DNA of 61,603 bases from Carcharhinus longimanus (taxonomy: Eukaryota), in NCBI GenBank assembly GCA_030264375.1, contig JASCQW010000128.1, positions 14,390,588 to 14,452,190 of the forward strand, given 5' to 3'. The stretch's first letter is position 1, and each line of letters opens with the position of its first letter. This document shows positions 38,133 through 50,092 of the stretch, piece after piece. The notes beneath the pieces were generated by a model. It was not told the DNA's origin. It did no database searches and saw nothing but the letters and a program-made list of their open reading frames with translations. The translations under genes and the position numbers were made by a program.

Positions 38133-38440
38133 TTTTTTTTATTTTTAATCCAATTCAGTCAAATCAAGTCCAATTCAGAGCCTCAACAAGTGAGGCATTC
38201 CCGATCCAACCTGACGAGATGCGGCTCTTAATCCCTGTCTGGGGCTTGATCTACATGACCCAAGCTGATTGGAGTAGGCATTGCTCCTCCTCCAAGGCTT
38301 GAACTCATTTGCATCTTAGCTAAAAGTCCGAGATGCCGCTTTAAAAATTGCTTCAAATGAAGCTAAAATTTAACCTAATGACTTCAACCAAGCACAGCAT
38401 GTCGATACTACACTTGATCTTAGCCAAAAGGCCAAGAAGC
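38133..38440 (-). mobile_element. U2 snRNA-headed, U2-derived retroposon (candidate SINE) with A-rich tail
   Basis: Minus 38440-38404 'gcttcttggccttttggctaagatcaagtgtagtatc' matches U2 nt 4-40 with 1 mismatch; second degenerate U2 5' copy at 38340-38313; A-rich 3' end. Confidence 0.8.
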
Positions 38441-38602
38441 TTATCTTCCTAATACTATCTTCCAATTCCAAAATGAAAGGAATTCGTTCCAAATACTGGC
38501 ATTAGAAACACCAGAGCTCATTTCATCCTCAAGTTACTTATTCACATAAACTATAAGAATTCTTTTTTTAAGCTGAGGAATGTGCTGAGGGCTGACATGA
38601 TG

Positions 38603-39100
38603 GGACAGTGGTAGCACTGCTGCCTCACAGAGCCAGGCGCCCTGGTTCGATTCCTGGCTTGGATCACTGTCTGTGTGGAGTTTGCATGTTCTCCCCATGT
38701 CTGCATGGATTTCCTCCGGGTGCTCTGGTTTCTTGCCACAGTCTAAAGCAGGTTAGGTGGACTCGCCATGCTAAATTGCCACAGTGGGTTAGGTGGATTG
38801 GCCATGCTAAATTGCCATAGCGGGTTAGGTGGATTGGCAATGCTAAATTGCCCCTTATTAATGTAAAAGTAAATTTTATTTATTAGTCACAAGTAAGCTT
38901 GCATTAACACTGCAATGAAGTTACTGTGAAAATCCCTTAGTGTCAAAAGGTGTGTAGGTCAGGGGTAATAGTGGAGTAAATGTGTGGTGTTTCGGGTGTA
39001 GGACAGGGGGTGGACCTGGGTACAAACGCTCTGTTTTGCTGCAGACTCGTGGGGCCAGATAGCCTCCTCCTGCACTGTGAGGCTTCTATTATTCTATATG
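38603..39100 (+). mobile_element. HE1 SINE, tail A, with a 3x36-bp internal tandem repeat and an inverted tail-B insertion
   Basis: 'ggttaggtgga...atgctaaattgcc' three times (38751-38854); insert at 38858-38939. Confidence 0.85.
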
Positions 39101-39862
39101 AGTCTGCAACCAGAGCTCAAGATGTAGAGAAGAGCAGCAACAACAAGAATTCCTGAGGGGTCTTAACAGGGTGGATGTGCAAAAGATGTTTCCTCTTATG
39201 AGAGAGTCTAGTATTAGGGGCCATTAATTAAGGATAAGGGGTCACCCATTTAAGACAACGAGGACAAGAAGTTTTCTTTTCTCTGAGGATCAAGAGGTGA
39301 GAATTGGAGGAATGAGGGTATGAGGCTGTGGGGCATTATAGAGAATGGGTGGGAGAAGGCCCGAGGTATATGAAAACAAGGATGAGAATTTCAAAATTGT
39401 GATATTTGCTGCACTGGGTGTCAATGTCGGCCAATAAGCACAGGCTTAATGGGTAAACGAGATTTGGTATTCGTTAGGATACTGGCAGTTTTGGACACTT
39501 CTGAGGTTGAAAATTGGTAAAAGGAGGCTAGATAATTCAAGTAACACAAAGAGCAAGCTCAGGTTTTCAAAGCCTGTATGCCGGAGGATGGGAAAACTGA
39601 TGAAGTCCATGTTTCGAATTGACAAATCAGTGCACAATTTGATTTGCCACACTAAGTTACTCTTCATAGACACCATTCTATATAACTACTCATTAGAAAG
39701 AAATTCACACTTCATGACTGATGCCTGCAGTTGTTTTGTATAAGAAAAATTACATGAATTAACACCACTGATTACTTTCAGATTACATAATGTTCATTAC
39801 CTACTGTCATATTGACTTACATCATCTGAACTCCTCAGTGATGATAATGGCATCTTCCTTTA

Positions 39863-40145
39863 CAGTGGGTAGCACTGCTGCCTCACAGCACCAGGGACCC
39901 GGGTTCGATTCCCAGCTTGAGTCACTGTCTGTGTACAGTCTGCACATTCGCCCCATGTCTGCATGGGTTTCCTCCAGATGATCCGGTTTCCTCCCACAGT
40001 ACAAAAGACGTATTTGTTAGGTGGCATTGGCCAGGTTAAATTCTCCTTCATTGTACCCAAACAAGTGCTGGAGTGTGGCGGCTAGGATATTTTCACCGTA
40101 ACTTAATTGCAGTGTTAATGTAAATCTACTTGTGACACTAATTAA
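39863..40145 (+). mobile_element. HE1-type SINE, tail B
   Basis: 'cagtgggtagcactgctgcctcacagcaccagggacccgggttcgattccc' ... 'tacttgtgacactaatt'. Confidence 0.9.
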
Positions 40146-40689
40146 ACAAAATAATCTTTATTATCAGTTGTGCATAAAATGTACATTAACGAAAAATAGT
40201 TTTATAAATAAAAAGATTGATGCACAGCGCCTAGATAATTGCATCAAACTAAATTAATTTTTGATTTGCTTTTATAAAACTGCTGTGTCCTGTTTACCAA
40301 CTCACAATTTTTTCCTTTACAAATGATGGAGAATGTTCAGCATGGAAACAGGCCATTTGACCCATCTAGTTTCTGCTAGTTTTATCCTCAGACTTTACTT
40401 TGTTTCACCGTACCAGCAATTTTCCTATTCCTTTCTCTCCTTATGTTTATCTATCTTTTTCCCAAATGCCATCAATGCTATTCAGCTTAACTGCTTCACT
40501 CAAGTTCCACCTGCAGCACTTTTTAAAGATGGCCAGCCGACTGATTGTCCTTGATGGGGTCTGTAGCTGGCACTGATGGAAAGAATTAGGGTCAAGTGCT
40601 TTTTGGCAACTTTAGTGTGGAATTGGTGGGCTGGTGTCTATATTCTTTTCCCCTTCCCCCAGGTAGCATCTTTGATTATTCGAGGATTA

Positions 40690-40828
40690 CGTAGCCACAC
40701 CTTCTGCCTTGACTTTACTACACGGAAGGCTGAAGAGGCAGATCCCAATGTCTACCTCATCCAGAACAGGGGATCGGCACACACTGCTGCCATTACTCTG
40801 AAACACAGGCTAGCTAACTGAGCTAACC
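40690..40828 (-). mobile_element. tRNA-headed SINE fragment (related to 43880-44053)
   Basis: Minus strand begins 'ggttagctcagttagctag' (A-box-like). Confidence 0.5.
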
Positions 40829-41125
40829 CTCCCCCCACCTCCTAAATTAATATGCTAGAGCAACATAAGCAAAGCATAATATAGTTGTTGGACTTTAATG
40901 ATAACAAGGAGCAGATGTCAGCATTTTATTAACTTGTAGTGTTATAGTGTTGTATTCATTCATATTTTGGAGAAGGAAAGAGTGTCAGCTTTATAAATAA
41001 TTGTTCACAACCCATCAATAACAACAACTTGAATTTATATAGCAACTTTAACATAGTAAAACATCCCAAGGTGCTTGACAGGAGCGTAATCAGACAAAAT
41101 GTGACATGGAGACACAATGGAGATA

Positions 41126-41163
41126 TGTGTGTGTGTGTCTCTCTCTCTCTCTCTCTCTCTCTC
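41126..41163. repeat. Compound (TG)n(TC)n microsatellite
   Basis: Seen directly in the sequence. Confidence 0.9.
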
Positions 41164-41809
41164 CCCCTCCACAGATGATCAGATACTTAATTTTTGAATA
41201 TTTCCTGAATTTTCTGTTTTTATTGAAGGAGATTTGAGGACAGGTGCCCAATGCTTAGTCAACGATGTCATTTTTTAAAAATAACATAGCAATGATAATC
41301 CAAATAAAATGTTGTTGGATTTGGAAATTGATCTCATGGACTCTGTTAAATCCTATATAAGGAGCACCAGGAATCTGTATTTATCCTGCAGGTCTGTCTG
41401 AATAAACATCCCGTTTTTATAATATTTGGCAGAGATAGCTGGCAATAGCTGCAACAAGGGCGGATGTCTTGCATTGACCCTAGGTGGTTGTAAAGTCTCG
41501 GCTGTTAGTGAGGCATGTTTTGGATTTTCTATCTCTACCATGTTGTCGGGGAGCTCTGAATGGAAGCCAGATGCGTTAGAATCAGGAGGGAGTGATTAAT
41601 AAGTGAATCACCCTGATGCACTCCCTCCTGCTGGCAGAGCTGGTGAAGAGAATGCTTATAAAAGCAGCAGTGAAAGTTTCCCAGACCTGATTCTGGTAAC
41701 TCACAAGAGTTGTTTGCGTACAGCAGTCATTTCTTCAGGAAGAACCTCAGGTGGATATGTGGCAGTTACTACGGCACTGTTCCACTGGAAACTGCGGTGA
41801 CACGATGAT

Positions 41810-42090
41810 ACAGTGGTTAGCACTGTTGCCTCACAGCACCTGGGACCCGGGTTCAATTTGGGCCTGGGGTGACTGTCTGTGTGGAGTTTGCACATTCTAT
41901 CTGTGTCTGTGTGGGTTTCCTCCAGGTGCTCCAGTTTCCTCCCACAGTCCGAAAGACATATTGGTTAGGTGCATTGGCCATGCTAAATTTTCTCTCTGTG
42001 TGCCTGAACAGGCGCCGGAGTGTGGCGACCAGGGGTTTTCACAATAACTTCAATGCAGTGTTAATGTAAGCCTACTTGTGACATTAATAA
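41810..42090 (+). mobile_element. HE1-type SINE, tail B
   Basis: Head, V-domain and 'aggcgccggagtgtggcgacc...gcctacttgtgacattaataaa'. Confidence 0.9.
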
Positions 42091-42293
42091 ATGAATATAA
42101 AACTTATGTTGTACCAGCGGAAAGTTTAAGAGGCTTATGAACAAGATTGACAAGCTTTACTGAGTAAACTTGGATATTTTTGTTCTGAGTCGGCATTACT
42201 GAGGTTTGCAACTTTGCCATAAAAACAGAGTGAGACAGTGTTGTCATTAATAAACTCAGAGATGGGAAGCTAATTTCTTCGTATCATATCTCA

Positions 42294-43130
42294 GGGGAAG
42301 GCAGTAGTGCAGTGATAATATCATTGGACTAGTAATCCAGAGACCCAGGCTCATGCTTGGGGACATGGGTTCAAATCTCATGACAGCATCTGGTGGGATT
42401 TAAATTCAATTCACAAATCTGGAATTTATAAAAAAAAAGCCAGTCTCAGTAATAGTGACCATGAAACCATTGTCAGTTCTTGTAAAAGCCCAAATGTCCT
42501 TTGGGGAAGGCAATTTTTCCTCTGAAGTAGAATCTACAAAAAGAATCAAACTGGATGGATCATCCAGAATCAACCAAGGTGTCAGAAGCAACAATGGCAA
42601 ACCCAACCATGTCAACCCAGCAAAGTTCTTACTAAAATCTGGGGCCATGTGCCAAAATTGAGAGAGCTGTCCCACAGTTTAGTTAAGCAACAGCTTGATA
42701 TAGTATCATACCATACAGACCATGTTCCTGACACTACTACCACCATCCCTGAGTACGTGCTGTCCCACTGAACGGGCAGACCCACTCTTGGGGAGTTACC
42801 ATTGACCAGAAGCTGAAGTGGACTTGCCATTTTAATACTGTGGCTACAAGAGCATGTCAAAAACTGGGAAGTTTGCACACCACCCGCCCTCCCACAGCAA
42901 CACTCAAGAAGCTTGACACCATCCAGGACAGAGCAGCTTACTTGACTGGAATGCCATCCACCACCTGCAACATCCACTCCCTCTACCATCAACACACAGT
43001 GGCAGCAATGTGTATCACCTGCAAGATGCACTGCAGGAACTCACCAAGACTCTTTTGACAGCACCTTCCAAACCCTCAACTCTTACCACCTAGAAGGACA
43101 GGAACTGCAAATGCATGACACCACCTCCTG
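42294..43130 (+). mobile_element. tRNA-headed 5' module (42294-42520) joined to internally deleted CR1-type LINE pieces
   Basis: Head 'ggggaaggcagtagtgcagtg...gggttcaaatc' as in the 4940-5443 family; downstream 'ccattgaccagaagctgaagtggac...gatgcactgcaggaactcaccaag' matches 10090-10890. Confidence 0.7.
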
Positions 43131-43519
43131 CAACTCTCTTTCTCTCTCTCTCTCTCTGTGGTGCTGCTTAATCTTCTTCAGTACAAATGTTACAAGTTGG
43201 TCAGATCTCAGAGGAAAGTAGTTCCAAAAGAGTCTGCTTCCTAAATCGTAACACTCACTTTTTTGCCCTACCAATTAGATTGCAGTATATAGTAGTCCTT
43301 CGCTTTTTTTTGGCTAGTTTTCTCTTTTTTTTTTGCTGGGCTGCTGTGACAACCCTACACATTGTCCATTTCAGAAACAAAAGAAGCAATACATTCCCTT
43401 AAAATCATGCCAGCTCTGAACTTGGTGTCAACGTTCTTTTCCCCAATTTCAGGTCATGTATATTTTGGAGAGGTTGGGGGTGGGGTGGGGGAGATAATGT
43501 GATATCTGTACTGTTTCTT

Positions 43520-44200
43520 TAAGATGAGGTATTAAACCGAGGTTCTGTTGCCCCCTCAGGCAGATGTGAAAAATTCCATGGCAACATTTTAAAAACGATC
43601 GGGGGAGATGGCCCAATACCCTGGTCAATATTTATTCCTCAGCTAAAATCATTAAAATAGATCATCTGGTCATCACTACTTTGCTATAACCATAGAATCC
43701 CAAAGGATCCATACAGTGCAGACAGAGGCTGTTTGGCCCATTGAGTCTGCACCGACTCTTAGAAAGAGGTTCATACCCAGGTGTTGGCACTGTGAGGCAG
43801 CAGTGCTCATCAATCTGCCACCATACTGTCCTTTACAGTAGTGCATGTAGCTACTGCCACATATTTGCTTCATGTTGAGCCATTTCCTTGGCAGTTCTTC
43901 TGTAAGTGGCGGTTTGCCATTGCCTTCCACTCTCAGGGGCCGAGAGAGGAGTCAGGTCCCAACCAACTACCTCAGCTGGAATAGGAATTGAATCTGTGCT
44001 GTTGCCATTTATTCTGGATCACACAACAGCCATTTAGCCAACTGAGCTAACTGGTTCCTATCTGTGGGACTTTACTATGTGCAAAATGTCTGCTGTGTTT
44101 CAGATCTTAAACAACGACCACACTTCAAAAATACATAATTAGCTGTAAGGCACTACGAGATGTTACTGAGCTTACAAAAGTTGCTACATAAAAGCAATTA
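43520..44200 (+). mobile_element. DeuSINE interrupted by an HE1 fragment and a minus-strand tRNA-SINE (43880-44053)
   Basis: Deu-domain 'aatatttattcctcagc...atctggtcatcac' resumes as 'tgtgggactttactatgtgcaaaatgtctgctg' after the inserts. Confidence 0.7.
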
Positions 44201-45449
44201 TTTTCATTAGTATCCATTGTAGGTGATAGAAAAGGGTTAACTTGTGCCATTTTGGTTTATTAATTTTTAAATAAAATTTATTTGTTTGATGTTGAGTTAA
44301 AGCAAAATGCCCATCCAAAACATAGAGTGTTACTGATGACTTGACTTTTTTTTAATTCCAAAATTGGAAGTAGATTATTCTTGCCACCCACATTCACACA
44401 CCTGCAGACACAAATATCCCCACGGGTAGGTCATATACCTTTTATATTCCATAACAATGAGCTTTCTGTGACAATAAAGATTAATTACTAAAGGCTTCCT
44501 CTTGGGACCACATACAAAAGGGTTTGCAAATGTAACATGGACCAACAGCAGCCAATGGGCCAATGCATCACAACCGGCATGAAAATCCATTATCCCATTA
44601 TAAACCTGAGCAGCATTTGAGCAAATCTGCCTCCAGGACAGCATTAACCTATATACAGGTTTACATTGCTAATAAATATTCGTCATGCAGTTGCATCTGT
44701 GTGGTACTCCATGGATCAGAACATGTTAACCAGATATAGTTTTATGCACATGCTGAGGAAATGATTTGGAGTAAATCTACCTCAAGTAATTAGCGAGCAG
44801 GCCCAGCTCAGTGCTGTTGTAATAACGCTTCAGGAAATATATTTGCTGTGTGAAGAATTATTTTTGTTGGAAGAGCATTTCAGGAGTGTGGCTTGGGATT
44901 GAAACGACTGAACTCAGAGTGGTATATTGCAGTGAGGTGTAGGCTCATATTGGGCACTTTTCATACATCAGCTGCCATTCGGTTTCTACCACAGATGTGG
45001 CTTCATGCCAAGTATATTTGTTCTTTGTATCCTCTAGCTGTAATATCAGAGTGAAAGCTCACCACTTGGGTACTTAATGTTTGGTCAGCAGATTGCAATT
45101 CTTCACTTCCAAAACAAAACATGTCGAATACTTATGAGGCAATTATACTTTATTAAGAACAAGAGACATTTAGGAGGTACAAGAAACATAAGAATGCTGG
45201 ACCTGCTGAGTTTTTCCAGTGCTTTTCTGTTTTTGTTTCAGTTTCCAGTATCTGCAGTATTTTTGCTTTTATTTTGATAATCATACAGTGCTTTATCTCT
45301 TGGATGTCTTTCACACAAGGCTTTGCTTTGAAATGTGGTGACTTAGGTAAGTAACTGTAGCAGCCATTTTGTGCATATCAAACAACTAGAAGTCCATAAA
45401 ACCATGGAAGCTTACAGCACAGAATGAGGCCGTTCAGCCCATAGTGCCA

Positions 45450-45686
45450 GTCATAGAATCATAGCATCCCTAGAGTGGAGAAATAAGCCATTCAGCCCAT
45501 CAAGTCTGCACCAACTCTCCAGCAGAAAGTACCTATCCCCATAGCCCCATGTATTTACCCTGCTTATCCCCCTAACCTACACATTTTTGGACACTAAGGG
45601 ACAATTTAGCATGGTCAGTTCATCTAATCTGCACATCTTTGGAATGTGTGTGGAAGCCAGAGCACCCGGAAAAAACCAGTGCAGAC
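45450..45686 (-). mobile_element. HE1 SINE 3' part, tail A
   Basis: 'tcatagaatcatagcatccc...ggacactaagggacaatttagcatgg...agagcacccgga'; runs into a gap. Confidence 0.8.
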
Positions 45687-46684
45687 NNNNNNNNNNNNNN
45701 NNNNNNNNNNNNNNNNNNNNNNNNNNNNNNNNNNNNNNNNNNNNNNNNNNNNNNNNNNNNNNNNNNNNNNNNNNNNNNNNNNNNNNNNNNNNNNNNNNNN
45801 NNNNNNNNNNNNNNNNNNNAATTTGTTTCGCCCTGGTTCGTTCTTCACAGTCCTGCATTTGTTTTCTCTTTTTAAGTATATAACCACTGCTTTCCGAGTT
45901 AAACCTAATTCCACTTGCAGGTACTGCATTCCAGATAATAATTCTTTGTGCAGGTGATTGAGGGATGAATATTTGCTAGAGCTGCTCCCTCCTCTGCTCT
46001 GAGCGGTGTGATTGGATCTTGCATGCCTGGTGGAAAAGGCCTTGGTTTAATGGCTCGGATCCAAAGCATGCATCCTATTTACCCTTTCCCTGCAATGCAG
46101 CATTAGTGCAGTACTGCAGCTTTAGGTTGTGAGATCAGGACCTGAAGTGGAGCTTAAACTCACTTCCTTATGACTGTGATTGGCCTGTTTCCAATAAAGC
46201 CAACTAACAAACTACGGGATCTTTTTAATGTTTGATTTTGGAAAGTCTTAGTATATGAATCATTTGAGTCATGCTTTTTCTAATTTTAGGTGTGTTTTTC
46301 TCGAACCCAGGGATACCAGGAATTGATGCAATCATGCAGTGAATCAGACCGCACAATTTACAAGAAAAGATTCTGGCCATTTATAATTGGCATTGATATT
46401 TTATTACCTTTCATACCCCAGGGCGTTGTAAAGTGCTTCCCAAGCAAGGAATTACTTTTGAAGCATAATCACTATTGCTGTGCAGCACAGCCAAAAACCT
46501 ATCTTAGACCAATTTCCAGTTAATCTGTATTGATGCTGTTAGTTGTGGAATAGATTCTGGTCAGATTGGTCAAAGTAATCATAGACATGTGATGCAGATT
46601 ACAGAAACAAAACAAGATGAGGGATTTGTAGATGACACTAAGAATTGGGAAGACAATGGATGTTGGCATATTAGATGAGTGAGA

Positions 46685-47028
46685 TAGAAACATAGAAAAT
46701 AGGAGCAGAAGGAAGCCATTTGGCCCTTTGAGCCTGCACCGCCATTCGTCACGATCGTGGCTGATCGTCCAACTCAGTAGCCTAATCCTGATTTCTCCCC
46801 ATAACATTTGATCCCATTTGCGCCTAAGTGCTATATCTAGCCACCTCTTGAATACGTTCAATGTTTTGGCATCAACTACTTCCTGTGGTAAGGAAGTCCA
46901 CAGGCTCACCACTCTTTGGGTGAAGAAATGTCTCCTCATCTCTGTCCTAAATGGTCTATTCTGAATCCTCAGGCTGTGACCCCAGTCCTGGATCCCTCCA
47001 CCATTGGGACCATCCTCCCTGCATCTCC
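46685..47028 (-). mobile_element. CR1 LINE 3' end (relatively young)
   Basis: ORF text GHSLRIQNRPFRTEMRRHFFTQRVVSLWTSLPQEVVDAKTLNVFKRWLD; (tagaaaca) tail. Confidence 0.9.
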
Positions 47029-47614
47029 CAGCCAAAGATTTCCAGTGTAATCAGGTCCACGCCAGAAATCGGCAGGAAGCTGACTTCAGTATCGTGATTT
47101 AAATTTCATTAGGCCAGCAATGGGAGGTTGCGGGTCTGGCCAGAAATCGAGAGACTGGCAGTGCATGCGCTGACCTCTGCACTGACAGATCAGTGCATGA
47201 GTAGTGCTGCTGGCCGCTTGGGTGTGAATAGGCCTCGCCCCCAGGTTTCCAGAGTGAATCGTACTGAGGCACTCTGTGATAGAGAATCATTCTGGATATC
47301 ACACTGAAAAAAACTAATAGGATTTACTCCCATTTTCCCACAAATTGGGGGCTTAGAGTTTTCTTGGAAGAATCCCAGCCATTACATTTTGCATTGATTG
47401 CTGAACTTTAAGGAGGTGGTTTCACTATCAGTGCTGCTTCACAAAGGTACTTTCAATGCATTGCTTTTAAAAAAAAATAATCTGTGGAAATCAACTGTCT
47501 TTTTACTCTGATTCTATTTTGTTTTTAAATTTTCTTTAAACTTTGCTGAACAAACAGTTAATTTATTGGATTGAGAGAAATCACTGAACCTTTCGGTATA
47601 AAAATGTAATAGCA

Positions 47615-48360
47615 TAAGAATACGCTCCTCTAGCCTGCTCTGCCATTCAATAAGATCTGATTCTGGCCTTAATTCCACTTGTACTGTCTGTATTTTCACT
47701 CCCCATAATCCCTGACTCCCTTGTAGGTCAAAAATCTGTCTTAGTCTTACATACGTTCAATGACCCAGCATCTCTCAAGTCGAGAATTTCAAAGATTAAT
47801 GCTCTTCTGAGAGAACAAGTTCCTCCTCACCTTGATTTTAAATGGGAGATGCCTTATTTTGAAACTGTGCCCCTTTGTTCTAGAAGGGGAAACATCCTCG
47901 AAGCATCTACCCTGTCAAGCCCCTCAATTTATTTATATTTCAGTAACATTATCCCTCATTCTTCTAAACCTCAATCAGTAAAGGCCCAATCTGCTCAGCC
48001 TTTCCTCGTAAACCAACTCCCTTCATCCCCAGAATCAACCTAGTAAACCTTTTCTGAACTGCTTTCAGTGTATGGAGATCAAAACTGTACATAGCACCCT
48101 AGATGTGGTCTCACCAATGCAGCAAAATTTCCTTATTTTTACACTTCAACCCCACTGCAATAAAGGCTAACTTTCAATTTGCCTTTCTAATTACTGCAGT
48201 ACCTGAATGCTAACTTTTGATGTATTTATATATATGAAGACATCCAGATCCCTTCACACTGCAGCATTTTGTAGTTTCTCTCCATCTAAATAATATTCTT
48301 TTATATTCTTCCTGCCAAAGAGAACAAAGTTTCCCACATTATACTGCATCTGCCAATTTT
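47615..48360 (-). mobile_element. CR1 LINE 3' fragment (old)
   Basis: 'ctgccattcaataagatc...ggagatcaaaactgtacatagcaccctagatgtggtctcacc' (reverse complement of a VRPHLxYxVQFWSP-like motif). Confidence 0.75.
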
Positions 48361-48755
48361 TTTGCCCGTAAGTTGTTTAAAATTAGAGCATAGGGCAATA
48401 ACAGTTTGGCCATTGCCATACCTGTGGTTAGTAAGTACTTTGTTTAAACAATACTGATGTAGGTAAATGCAACAACCATTTTGCATGATGTGATCTCATA
48501 AACAATTTATGACACGAATGATGATATATCCTCAAAAAGGAAGGACTTTATAGAGTGCATTCAAATCCTCAGGATGTTGCAAAGTGTTTCATGGCCAATA
48601 AATTATTTTTCAATTGTTCTAATATAGACAAAACCAACAGGCACTTCATGTTAATTTATTTTCGGTGCTGTTACTTGAGTTATTTTAATGTTGAACAGGA
48701 TAATGGAAGGACTTATTCAGTTAGTGCCATGGAATCATTTGGATTCAGGCAAACA

Positions 48756-48990
48756 GGGGGTCTTGTGGCGCAGTGGATAGCATCAGTACCTCTAAGCCAG
48801 AAACTCAGGGTTCGAATCCCACCCCAGGACGTGATGACCAAGGAAGGTGTGTTTGTAATGCAGCCAAACAGGTTGGTTGTCAACCTGCAAAATCCTTTCA
48901 CTATGCAGTGGCAGTTAATAAGAGTCAGAGAGACTTCTGGTCAGCCATATTTGATGCGGACTGGCACTCTGAAACTGTTGGCCTCTGACG
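48756..48990 (+). mobile_element. tRNA-derived SINE with intact Pol III boxes and an unassigned body
   Basis: A box TGGCGCAGTGG (48766-48776), B box GGTTCGAATCC (48809-48819); 3' boundary uncertain. Confidence 0.6.
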
Positions 48991-49639
48991 ACAGGCTTGC
49001 AATCTGTTCTGGGTAAAACCTTGTGATAGGAACAGATGAAAATCTGTCTTATAAGCCACTGATGCACAAGGGAAACAACAATAGAGAAACAGGACATGAA
49101 CAGTTCTCCCAAAAGATTAGCATTGCACTGGCATATAGCCTTAATTTCTGGAGTGGAACTTGAACCCACAAACTTCAGAAGTGTAAGTGCTATCAACATA
49201 ACCAAACTAGAACCTATGTTTGATGGCATTACTGGGGGAAAGAATTTCCCCAGGACAGCAGGGAAGAATTTCTGTTCTTCAGATAGTACAGTGGGATCTT
49301 CAAAATATAACCTTGGAACAAGCAGCCTGTCATTCAGAGGGCAGCATTTTTGACAATGTGGCAGTCTGTCAGCATTGCACAGATGTGTTGCTTTAATGAT
49401 GTAGTCAAGACCTGTTTCTGACTGTGAATATCTTAACCAATCACACCCTCATGCCTCCACAGAATTCTCCTTCTGACTTTTTGAAACCTTTTTTATGCAT
49501 TAAAAATGTGGTTGGGCCAAAGAGTCTCTGTACTTTCTCACACAAGGAGTGCCGTTTCAGTCTCAATCCTTGCTGTACACGCCAGTGCAAGTCAATCAGC
49601 TCCCATGCTAGCTCATATTGGATATATATTGTACAGAGT

Positions 49640-50035
49640 TTAACTGTGTCTCTTCCATCTGAGTTAAAAGATTGTTGGTTGAAGCCTCACTCCAGAAACT
49701 TGAACATAAAATCTAGGTTTTTGTCCCAAGTGCAACGCTGATGAACTGCTACACCAGCATAAATGAGAACCAAGGTCTCCTCTAATGTAAAAGATTTGAC
49801 TATGCTATTTTGAAGAAAGGCAGTGAAGTTCTTCATGGTTTTCTGGCTAATATTTATTCCTTAGCTAACATCACGAAAAGAGCTTTGGTCATTATCAAAT
49901 TGGTGTTGTGGGAGCTTGCTTTGTGTTGGCTGCTTCATTTCCTACACTACAGGAGTGATTATACTTCCAAAGTATTTAATTGGTGATACTTCGGGATGTC
50001 CCTGAGATTGTGAATGGTGCTATATAAATATTCAT
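49640..50035 (+). mobile_element. DeuSINE (SacSINE1-like)
   Basis: 'tctgagttaaaagattgttggttgaagcctcactccagaaacttgaac...gggagcttgct...ggtgctatataaat'. Confidence 0.8.
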
Positions 50036-50092
50036 TTTCATATCCATCTGTTTATTTTTTAGGGCAGGAGGTACATTTCTTTGAAGCATGGT

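Noticed and set aside
38404-38440. Functional U2 snRNA gene
   Set aside because: Only nt 4-40 are near-identical, the first bases are missing and no canonical 3' half follows.
38751-38854. Three 36-bp repeats superficially like a CRISPR array
   Set aside because: Contiguous repeats without spacers inside a SINE in vertebrate DNA.
48756-48830. Genuine tRNA gene
   Set aside because: I could not fold a convincing anticodon or acceptor stem, and no nearby oligo-T terminator is present; treated as a SINE head.
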